From an uncultured Lentisphaerota bacterium (GTDB lineage Bacteria > Verrucomicrobiota > Kiritimatiellia > CAIQIC01), in NCBI GenBank assembly GCA_903912445.1, contig CAIWHP010000110.1, forward strand, positions 15,612-79,611: a stretch of DNA of 64,000 bases. Reading direction: 5' to 3'. A program made the position numbers and the translations under genes. Within the stretch, counting starts at the first letter, position 1; the number at the start of each line of letters is the position of its first letter. Of the stretch, positions 43,041 to 51,055 are shown piece after piece. The notes beneath the pieces were generated by a model. It saw only the letters and a list, made by a program, of their open reading frames with translations. It made no database searches and had not been told where the DNA came from.

Positions 43041-44459
43041 ATGAATACCAAACAAAAGCTGTTGTGCGGCCTGCTGCCCGCCGCCCTGTTCGCGGCGCCG
43101 GCCGCGGACCTGCCCACGCCCGCCGGCTTCGAGTTCAGCTCCGGCGTGCCTGCGCTGGACCAGGCCTATCAGAAGGCGCGGCAGACCATCGCCGGCGACG
43201 TCAAGGATGGCGACTTCCTCGCGGGCGAGAACTGGGCGCAGGTCTGGACGCGCGACACCTCCTACTCGGTGGACATGGCGTGCGCCCTCCTCCACCCCGA
43301 TGTCTCCAAGAAGACACTGCTCGGCCTGCGCGAGGAGGTCACGGGCGTCGGCGAATGCTGGTATCAGGACAAGTGCGGCCACTTCGCCGGCTGGCCGAAC
43401 CTGACCGACGCCATCGTCGGCGCGACGGGCGCGTGGTCGCTCTATCTCGTCACCGGCGACCGCGAGCTGCTGCGGCCGGTCTATGCGCGGACGGTCAACA
43501 GCCTCAAGCGCGCCGAGCGCGATGCGTTCTTCAAGGAGGTCGGCCTGTTCGGCGGCTGCTCCACCTTCATGGAATCCAACAGCGGCTATCCGAAGGCCTA
43601 CGCGATGAAGGGGCCGATGATCGCCAAGACCAAGGCCCTGAGCACGAACCTGCTCTACTACCGCGGCTACCTCGTCGCCGCACGCCTCGCGCAACTGCTC
43701 GGCGAGGACGCCGCGCCGTGGCAGGCCAAGGCCGACGCGCTCAAGGCCGCGATCAACCAGCGGCTCTGGCTGCCGAAGCAGGGCTACTACGCCTACTACC
43801 TTGATGCCGCAGGCCAGCTGGAGGAGCGCATGGAAGGCTGCGGCGAAGCGTTCGCGATCCTCTACGGCGTGGCCGACGCGGAAAAGGCGCAGAGCATCCT
43901 GAAGAAAACCCCAACCGCGCCGTGCGGCTTCCCGTGTCTCTGGCCGCAGTTCCCGGAATGGATCAACATCAAGGAGAAGAAACACACGGCGGAGTACTAT
44001 CACAACGGCATGATCTGGCCTTTCGTGCAGGGCTACTGGGCGTGGGCCGCCAGCCAGATGAAGGATGTCGCGGTCTTCGGCCGCGAGCTGGAGGCGCTGG
44101 TCAAGCTCTCGCAGAAAGCGACCACGTTCATGGAATTCTATTTCCCGGAGAACGGCGAGCCCGGCGGCTCGCCGCGCCAGCTCTGGAGCGCCTCGGGCTT
44201 CCTCTCGATGATCTACCACGGCCTGTTCGGGATGGACTTTGTCGAGAAGGGGATCAACTTCGCGCCCGTCGTGCCCGCACACCTCGACAAGCTCACGCTC
44301 GCCAATGTCAAGTATCGCGGCAGCGTCCTCGCCATCGAAGTCACCGGCCACGGCACCCAACTCGCCAGCTTTGAACTCGACGGCAAGGCCGCCCAGGCGT
44401 TTTTCCCCGCCGACCTGACCGGCCCGCACCAGATCAAAATCCGGATGGCCGCGCCCTGA
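43041..44459 (+). CDS. Glycoside hydrolase, (alpha/alpha)6-barrel, GDE_C/amylo-alpha-1,6-glucosidase-like
   Basis: Signal peptide. NWAQVWTRDTSYS and YYHNGMIWPFVQGYWAWAA blocks, typical of this fold. Confidence 0.55.
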   Translation: MNTKQKLLCGLLPAALFAAPAADLPTPAGFEFSSGVPALDQAYQKARQTIAGDVKDGDFLAGENWAQVWTRDTSYSVDMACALLHPDVSKKTLLGLREEVTGVGECWYQDKCGHFAGWPNLTDAIVGATGAWSLYLVTGDRELLRPVYARTVNSLKRAERDAFFKEVGLFGGCSTFMESNSGYPKAYAMKGPMIAKTKALSTNLLYYRGYLVAARLAQLLGEDAAPWQAKADALKAAINQRLWLPKQGYYAYYLDAAGQLEERMEGCGEAFAILYGVADAEKAQSILKKTPTAPCGFPCLWPQFPEWINIKEKKHTAEYYHNGMIWPFVQGYWAWAASQMKDVAVFGRELEALVKLSQKATTFMEFYFPENGEPGGSPRQLWSASGFLSMIYHGLFGMDFVEKGINFAPVVPAHLDKLTLANVKYRGSVLAIEVTGHGTQLASFELDGKAAQAFFPADLTGPHQIKIRMAAP

Positions 44460-44586
44460 GCGCGCTGCGACCCGCGCCGGTAAAAGAAATTGCACCGCAC
44501 AAAAGCGACCTTTTAACGGCCCGCCTAAAATGGTTGATTTTTCCGTTGCGTTTCCGCGGCGCGGGAGTAAAGTGCCCCTGCTCCGT

Positions 44587-44661
44587 GCGGGAGTAATTCA
44601 GTGGTAGAATGTCAGCTTCCCAAGCTGAACGTCGTGGGTTCGACTCCCATCTCCCGCTCCA
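44587..44661 (+). tRNA. tRNA-Gly (anticodon CCC), CCA encoded
   Basis: Acceptor stem GCGGGAG/CTCCCGC. D-arm AGTGGTAGA. Anticodon stem TCAGC/GCTGA with loop TTCCCAA. T-arm GGGTTCGACTCCC. 3' TCCA. Confidence 0.95.
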
Positions 44662-45313
44662 CTTTTCATTGCACAAGATTGCATTTCACCCTTTGTTTTC
44701 AATGGTTTTCGTGCGCCTAGGCATTCGACCCCCAAACCAGGCAATGGTGTGCAATGTGTGGCCCCTCTCAGGCACGTCGCGAGAGAAGCGGTGACTGGGC
44801 GAGCAGGTCCGGGGAAACCTTCCAGGGCGGGATGCGTGCGAGGCCGGGGTAAGCCTCGATGGGGTCGGCATGCGGCGCCCGGGCGAATATTGGCCAGGCC
44901 GCCGGAGCGCGCGAATTAATTTTTACTCACGATAGAGTACGTACCGGGGCGGGCCACAGCGCCCGGTACGCCGCCTGGGTGCTCCGGCGGCACCGCTATC
45001 GAGCAGCACGCGATCTTCTACAAACGCCCGATGCCTTTCAAGGGAGGCCCACCGCTCAAGCTGTCATTAATTATGCCGCAACGCGCCCATGATGACGTCC
45101 ACTGTAGACAACTTGACAATGGCGTGCACCTCGCGAAAATGCTCCCATGTTTTCTTGTAACGGACCGGTGGCCGGCGAGCGCCACAGTTCCATTGGATAT
45201 GCTGCTTCACATCCAGTTACTGCACTGATCTGTGAGCCTGGCCAGTGGGGCCCTTCAGGCCACCACCGGCTGCGGCTGGCAGCAACAGGGACCCCGCGCG
45301 GGGGCGCTTGAAC

Positions 45314-46006
45314 ATGTCGGATGGATGGAGGACGCGGCTGAGCGCGGCTTGGGCAGCCAAGCCGCGCCAGTTGGTTTGGTACGGTGTCGCTTTTCTAGGA
45401 ATGACGGTGCTGACCGCCTTGGACACTTGGGCCGGTATCGATCGTTGGTGCAGAGCGTTGGCCGATACGCTCTCCTTTTATGCGGTCGATGTGCTCGGCT
45501 CCGTGCTGTCCTATTTGGGCAATATGGAAGTCACCGGCCTCATCGCCCTGCTACTGGCGGTGCGGTGGGGCCGCCAGTACGGATGGCGCGGGGGCTTAGC
45601 GCCCCTGCTGCTGTTTGCCGGAGTAGCCGTCGAGATCGTCCTGAAATACACCCTGTGCCATCCACCCCCGCCACACCTTGTTTTTCAAACACGGTGGCAG
45701 TTGCCTTTCGCCTGGAACCTGTCCCACGCCTTGCCGGAGAGCGCCTGGCTGCCGTATGCCTTCCCGAGTGGCCATCTGCTGCGCACTACGTTCCTGGTCA
45801 GCCTCAGCGTGGACCAGTTTGGACAGCGGTACCGGCTGGCGGGAGCAGGGCTGATCATCATCATGGCCTGCACCCGCGTATATATGAACGAGCATTGGCT
45901 CAGTGATGTCATCGGCGGTTATCTGCTCGGACTCACCACGGCTGCCGCGGCGATCGCGATCCGCAGGGGGCCTGCGGTACACGCCGCGGAGGGCGCAGCA
46001 AACTGA
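45314..46006 (+). CDS. PAP2-superfamily membrane phosphatase
   Basis: Multiple TM helices. FPSGH and MNEHWLSDVIGG (PSGH ... SRxxxxxHxxxD-type motif). Confidence 0.7.
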   Translation: MSDGWRTRLSAAWAAKPRQLVWYGVAFLGMTVLTALDTWAGIDRWCRALADTLSFYAVDVLGSVLSYLGNMEVTGLIALLLAVRWGRQYGWRGGLAPLLLFAGVAVEIVLKYTLCHPPPPHLVFQTRWQLPFAWNLSHALPESAWLPYAFPSGHLLRTTFLVSLSVDQFGQRYRLAGAGLIIIMACTRVYMNEHWLSDVIGGYLLGLTTAAAAIAIRRGPAVHAAEGAAN

Positions 46007-46309
46007 GTCCCGCGACAGCAGAGCCTGCGGACCTGGACCTGTTCCGCCCAAACGCAACACCCGTTGGGCGCGCCCTGCACGCGGATGCTCCGCAAGAGCC
46101 GGAACGCCTCCGCCCAGGCCGCGGCCAGAAAAGCCCATCCCGCGCCGGGCTGACCTGCCGGCCCGCACCTACTTGTTTGCGAGTATTTTTCCCTCTGGTG
46201 AAAACACCCCACCACCACCACCCTTGCGCTCCTCGATAGGAGCGCCCCACCGGGACAGAGCAAAGCTGTTTAGGAGGGCAAGCGCTTCGCTCGTAAACGG
46301 AACCTGGCG

Positions 46310-46984
46310 ATGCTGAGGATGAAACGAACGGTGATGGCAACCTTATCGGTGACAGCCCTGCTTGCTGCAGGAGCACTGCTGTTGGCCTGGACCGCCGTGC
46401 GGGCCGACTATGCGATGCACGCCGACATGCTTCAGCGGACCCGTCGGGCGGCACAGCGGGTGGATCTGCAGCTTCTCCAGGTGTTCCTGAGCACGCCTAC
46501 GGACTTGGCTTCGCCAGCCTGCCAGCTGCTCAAGCAACAGCTCGCCACGCTCCGTGCCAGCATTCCACATTGCCGCTCCGGCCAACTCGTGGGCCGCCAG
46601 GCCAATGGCGCGCTGATTTCCATCGGTGAAACGCGTCCGGCCGACCTCGCTGCCGGGGCTCAGACCGGCAGGCCTATCGACAAAAGCCTGCGTCGTGTGC
46701 TTGTCACCGGGGAGGCGGAGACCGCAGGGCCCCTCACCGATTCGAGCGGCAGCTTCGTCAGCGGCGCGGTACTGCTTTCCACCAAGGGCGCCGGCAACGT
46801 CACCGCCGTGTTGTGCATGGAACTGGAAACCCAGGCCCAAAACTGGAAGGGAGCCTGCCGGGCGAGCCTGCCGGCGGGGGTAAGCCTTGTGCTGCTGCTC
46901 GCCACGCTCTGCGCCCTGCTGATTGCCCGGCGGGAGACAGAACCGCTCCGGCCAGTGTTGTGGCGGCACAACCGCCCCTGGTGA
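46310..46984 (+). CDS. Two-TM periplasmic sensor-like module without any output domain (probable gene remnant)
   Basis: TM1 ATLSVTALLAAGALLLAW, about 150 aa extracytoplasmic, TM2 VSLVLLLATLCALLIA, then a stop about 20 codons later. Confidence 0.35.
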   Translation: MLRMKRTVMATLSVTALLAAGALLLAWTAVRADYAMHADMLQRTRRAAQRVDLQLLQVFLSTPTDLASPACQLLKQQLATLRASIPHCRSGQLVGRQANGALISIGETRPADLAAGAQTGRPIDKSLRRVLVTGEAETAGPLTDSSGSFVSGAVLLSTKGAGNVTAVLCMELETQAQNWKGACRASLPAGVSLVLLLATLCALLIARRETEPLRPVLWRHNRPW

Positions 46985-47183
46985 GCGAATGGTGCCCTTC
47001 GCGCATAGCGGTTCTTCGGAGCAGTGTCGTCCTTCCCAACTGAAAACGAACAGGAACCGAGGTGGCTTCCGGCGGAATGATAAGACTACAGGCAGCGGCC
47101 CTGCCCGCGCGAGGAGATGAACGTTTCTTTCGCCGTGGCACGGGCAGCCTGCCCGAGAAGAGCACCATCGCTGGCAACCCAGG

Positions 47184-47846
47184 CTAGAGCGGCTCAGCGA
47201 CGCTATGCGCAGTTGCGCAACTCCAAGGTGGTGCCGACGGCGCCAAGCAAGCGATGCGTGAGCCGTCAGCACGGCGCACAGGCAGCGTGTCGCCACAAAC
47301 TCGCGCAGGGATCCGCTGCTGTGCCCATTGCACGTAGTGAGCGCGCTGGGCCGCACCCGGCAATTCCTGCTCAAGCTTTTCGAAAGCCACCGCGAGGGCC
47401 GTCTGGTCGAAGCTGTCCACGAGGCTGAAAGCCGTTCGGATGAAGCGATCTTCCTTCAGCATATGCTCTTGCGTCAGCGCGATGTAGTCCGAGAGATAGC
47501 CGGCCACACGCGTGCTGGCGCCCGGCTGATCAGCCGCATTCAGCCAACATGACGCTTCCATCATTCCGGTCAAGAGGGCGAGACGGCCATGTTCAGCCAA
47601 CAAGCCCCTCATGGGCGCAGTGATGGAGGCGCACCCCTTGCGCTGCAGACAACGGAACAACTCGAATTCCCTAGGCAGATGATAACGGCTGACGAACTGT
47701 CCGCAGAACCCGATGAGTTCGGGACTGACCGGCTGGACGGCCGCACCCGGTTGCGCCATGCTCGGGATACACGAATGCGCCACCGTGAGCACTTTCGCGA
47801 CCAGGCGATGTTCACTTTCCAATATTTCGAAGATGTCAAAGGCCAT
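47184..47846 (-). CDS. Hemerythrin/HHE-like cation-binding domain protein (tentative)
   Basis: FEILESEHRLVAKVL, LLAEHGRL, LTQEHMLKEDRF: spaced His/Glu helices. Confidence 0.4.
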   Translation of the reverse strand: MAFDIFEILESEHRLVAKVLTVAHSCIPSMAQPGAAVQPVSPELIGFCGQFVSRYHLPREFELFRCLQRKGCASITAPMRGLLAEHGRLALLTGMMEASCWLNAADQPGASTRVAGYLSDYIALTQEHMLKEDRFIRTAFSLVDSFDQTALAVAFEKLEQELPGAAQRAHYVQWAQQRIPARVCGDTLPVRRADGSRIACLAPSAPPWSCATAHSVAEPL

Positions 47847-48046
47847 AAGTTCCGCTCAATCACCGCTGTATTCCGCTGCTGCGATATCAGAGCCTGCACC
47901 GGCCACAGATCAACGCAACAGAATGCCCACCCGTGTGCCCTCCACGAACTAATAAGGGCAGCATCAAGGCTTAGCCCGATCAGTTCAAAACATTTTATTA
48001 CTCACAATCCAGTACAGCGGTCGGAACGATGGGTGCCAACCAGCGA

Positions 48047-48426
48047 TCAGTTCAGCGTGCCTGCGACCGAGAGCGGGGGAGCCCAGACTCCATGCCGCGC
48101 AAGACCGCGCGCCCACTCCACTGACAGGCGTGCTCCGGTCCAAAAAAAAGAGGCGCTCCCCCTCATGGGAGAGCGCCTCGCAGCCCCGCCTACGCAGCAG
48201 GCTGGCTGGACGTTCCTGGAAACCAGCTTGTTCATTTCGAACATGCTGACCATTTTCCGTTGAAGACAACCAGCAGAGCTTCACCCGCAGTGATCCGGAT
48301 CTTCGCCTTCAGATCCTGCAGCTTGTTCTTCTTGATATAGCCCAGAGCTTGGAGTGAGTTCCGTGCGGGCAACGGCGTCGCGCCGACCACCTCAGCGAGC
48401 TTCTCGTTGGGTTGGCCCAGCCTCAT
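48047..48426 (-). pseudogene. SWIB/MDM2-domain protein gene disrupted by frameshift(s)
   Basis: ORF1 reads ...KLAEVVGATPLP...YIKKNKLQD...VVFNGK. The rest of the domain (VSMFEMNKLVSRNV) is in another frame, offset by one base at an A4 run. ORF2 then reads through a terminator hairpin. Confidence 0.55.
48142..48179 (-). terminator. Rho-independent terminator downstream of the SWIB gene
   Basis: 12-bp GC stem with one bulge, gaggcgctcccc / gggagagcgcctc, followed on the minus strand by T8. Confidence 0.75.
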
Positions 48427-48646
48427 GAAGGCTGGTTTGGGCGCGCGTTTAGGGCTGCCCCAAAGCCCGGAAGCGGTCGGAGGTAAAAAGCTGGCTAGCG
48501 CGACCCGCGCAATTTATACTGCTAAACAGCAAGTTGACCAGCGACAGCCCATGCTGCAGTGGCCCCGTCAGGCCGGTGCAGGCTGGTGGCGGACCGAGGT
48601 CTTTAGCGGAGTCCCTAGCTGAAATGTGCGGATAAAGGTCGAAAAA

Positions 48647-49177
48647 ATGATCGCTCAAGTGGATGGGCGTTACATGAACTGGAACGTATTACATGTCCGG
48701 CCGCGATGTGAGAAGAAAATGGCGGAATACTGCACGCTGCACCAGATTCCGACCTATCTGCCCATGAGGCAGGAGACGAAGGTCTACCAGCGGCGGAAGG
48801 TGATCGTCAGCAAACCGTTGTTCCCCGGCTATGTTTTCGCCGATTTCCCCCCGACCGAGCGGTTGCTCGTCCAGGAGAGCCGCAAACTCGTGCGCCGCAT
48901 CGAAGTACCGGATCAGGTCAGTTTTGCAAACGAGCTTGAGCAAGTGCGCAAGGCGCTGCTGGTGGATGCCACCCTCGGGGCTACGCCCGAGCTTGTGACG
49001 GGCCAGCCGGTGCGCATCATTTCGGGGCCGTTCCAAGGGTTGGAAGGCGTTGTGTCGTCCGTGCAGGGCATGACTCGGGTGGTACTCAACGTGGACATGA
49101 TCGGCCAGAGCGTGCGGTTGGAGGCCGAGCCCCATATGCTGGAGCCGCGCGAACCGCCCGCGCCCCGCCCAAACTGA
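48647..49177 (+). CDS. NusG paralog (RfaH/UpxY/LoaP-like specialised antiterminator)
   Basis: NGN: WNVLHVRPRCEKKMAEY...IPTYLPM......RRKVIVSKPLFPGYVFA. KOW: GQPVRIISGPFQGLEGVV. Alternative starts at 48626 (GTG) and 48674 (ATG). Confidence 0.75.
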   Translation: MIAQVDGRYMNWNVLHVRPRCEKKMAEYCTLHQIPTYLPMRQETKVYQRRKVIVSKPLFPGYVFADFPPTERLLVQESRKLVRRIEVPDQVSFANELEQVRKALLVDATLGATPELVTGQPVRIISGPFQGLEGVVSSVQGMTRVVLNVDMIGQSVRLEAEPHMLEPREPPAPRPN

Positions 49178-49263
49178 GGCCCGGCAGCGTCCAAGGAACT
49201 CCGGCGCTCGTGTGGTGAGTTTTTCGCGCCAGGCAGGGTCAGCAGACCTGTCCGTTCTTTTCG

Positions 49264-49659
49264 CTACACCTGTGCGGCCCGCTCACCGTGCGGCGGCTCG
49301 TAGGTCTTCAACCCCGCCAGCAAGTCTGGAATTTTGCCGATGTCCCGGGCTTTATTGAGAAAAGCGTGGGCACCGGTCGCGCGGGCGCGACGCTCGTACT
49401 GCGCGTGGGGATAGTTGGTCAGCACCACCACCACTGTGGGACTCCGCTCCTGGTGCATCACCTTGAGCACATCCAAGCCATTCCCGTCAGGCAGTTGCAG
49501 ATCCAAGAGCAACACATCGGGCTTGAATTTCCTCAGGGCCAGAAACCCCGCCGCCACGGATTCCGCCTGGCCGACGACTTCAACGCCGGCGATGGCCTCC
49601 AGCAAGGTCACCAAGCGGATGCGGATGAGTGCCGAATCATCAATAATAAGAACTTTCAT
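49264..49659 (-). CDS. Stand-alone response-regulator receiver (CheY-like)
   Basis: MKVLIIDDSALIR...PDVLLLDLQLPDGNG...VVVLTNYPH...GAHAFLNK. No output domain. ATGA overlap with the kinase gene. Confidence 0.9.
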   Translation of the reverse strand: MKVLIIDDSALIRIRLVTLLEAIAGVEVVGQAESVAAGFLALRKFKPDVLLLDLQLPDGNGLDVLKVMHQERSPTVVVVLTNYPHAQYERRARATGAHAFLNKARDIGKIPDLLAGLKTYEPPHGERAAQV

Positions 49660-50948
49660 TCACCCCCCAAGGGGGACGAATCCGAGCCCGTGATGCTCAC
49701 CGGTCCGGAAGGCGACGAACTGGTGCCGGAGGCGGTGGTGGGGCCCTCAAAGCCGGGGGAGTTTTCCCCGTGCACAGAGGTCACCACCCGCTGGACCAAG
49801 GGCATACGCACTTGCACGGCAGTGCCGTGGCCGGGTTTACTCTGGATGTTTACAGTCCCTTGGAAACCGATGGCGCGCTCGCGCATGCTGAGCAACCCGA
49901 GCGCTTCGGACACCGGGCAGGCTTCCGGCGTGAAGCCCCGGCCATTGTCCTGCACATCCATCTCCAGTTCCCCATCGGTGATCACCAGCTTGATCATCAC
50001 CTGCGTGGCCTGGGCGTGCCGGACGACGTTGGTCAACGCCTCCTGCAAGATCCGGAACAGGGCTAATGCGTCGTCCCGCTCCAGCACCAGGTCTTCAGCG
50101 GGTATCGACAGGGCACACTTCAAACCGGTGCGTCGCTCGCAATCCTCCACCTGCCACTCGATGGCCGCCAGCAGACCCAGATCGTCCAGCATGCCCGGCC
50201 GCAGCGAGGCGCAGATCGCCTGCGTCATCTCGGTCAGCTGTTCGACCAACGGCATCATGGCAACAATTTTATCCCGCATCTCCGCCCCCAAACCGGGTTG
50301 GACCGGCTGCAACTTGCGGTCCAGCCAACTCAGATCGATCTGCAGGGCGGTCAGTTTCTGCCCGAATTCATCGTGCAACTCGCGGGCGAGGGCTTTGCGC
50401 TCCTCTTCGCGTACGACCTGCAGATGGGCCGCCAAGGCGTGCAAGTTTACCGCGGCCTGATTCAACTCCGCCGTCCGCACCCTGACCCGACGCTCCAGAT
50501 CTTCCTGGGTGCGTTCGCGTTCCTTTATTAGCAAGATGCGTTCCATATCCCGCGCCTTGGCCGCGGCCGCCCGACTGATGGTCTCCAGGACCGCCTGCGG
50601 TTCGAAGGGCTTCACCAGATAGTCGAAGATGCGCAGGCTGATCGACTGCCGTGCCGAAGCGAAGTTGGGCTCGCCCGTCATCAGGATCACCCGCACATCG
50701 GGCCGCCAGTCATGGATATGCCGCGCCACATCCAACCCGTTGCCGGTCCCCAGCAGGATATCGAGCAGTGCCACATCCAGCGGATACCGCTCCACGCAGC
50801 GTATCGCCTCATCGGTATCGGCCGCTTCGATCACCTCATGTCCGGCGTCTTTGAGCAGAGCGCCGAGGATGGTCCGAATACTCTTTTCGTCATCCAGCAA
50901 CAAGATTACAGCCATAAGATCACCATAGCCAGTAACGTGGCTGACCAC
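49656..50948 (-). CDS. Hybrid sensor kinase: N-terminal receiver + HisKA_3 (NarX/DegS-type) + HATPase_c
   Basis: REC: AVILLLDDEKSIR...LDVALLDILLGTGNG...VILMTG...DYLVKPF. H-box: LARELHDEFGQKLTAL. ATPase: LQEALTNVVRHAQA, DNGRGF, GLLSMRERA, GHGTAV. Start may be the ATG at 50915. Confidence 0.9.
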   Translation of the reverse strand: MVSHVTGYGDLMAVILLLDDEKSIRTILGALLKDAGHEVIEAADTDEAIRCVERYPLDVALLDILLGTGNGLDVARHIHDWRPDVRVILMTGEPNFASARQSISLRIFDYLVKPFEPQAVLETISRAAAAKARDMERILLIKERERTQEDLERRVRVRTAELNQAAVNLHALAAHLQVVREEERKALARELHDEFGQKLTALQIDLSWLDRKLQPVQPGLGAEMRDKIVAMMPLVEQLTEMTQAICASLRPGMLDDLGLLAAIEWQVEDCERRTGLKCALSIPAEDLVLERDDALALFRILQEALTNVVRHAQATQVMIKLVITDGELEMDVQDNGRGFTPEACPVSEALGLLSMRERAIGFQGTVNIQSKPGHGTAVQVRMPLVQRVVTSVHGENSPGFEGPTTASGTSSSPSGPVSITGSDSSPLGGE

Positions 50949-51055
50949 CCCGTCCCAAGGAGTGTACCCCTTTCCCGTGTAATTGATATATGTTCATTTC
51001 GGCACGCCCACGGTCACAGGGAGACCTTGCGCCGGAGTTCCACAGCAGCACAAGC

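Noticed and set aside
44662-45313. An integrase or transposase remnant next to tRNA-Gly.
   Set aside because: Six-frame reading gives only short ORFs with no recognisable recombinase motifs (no R..H..R..Y tyrosine-recombinase box or DDE pattern). It is left as non-coding.
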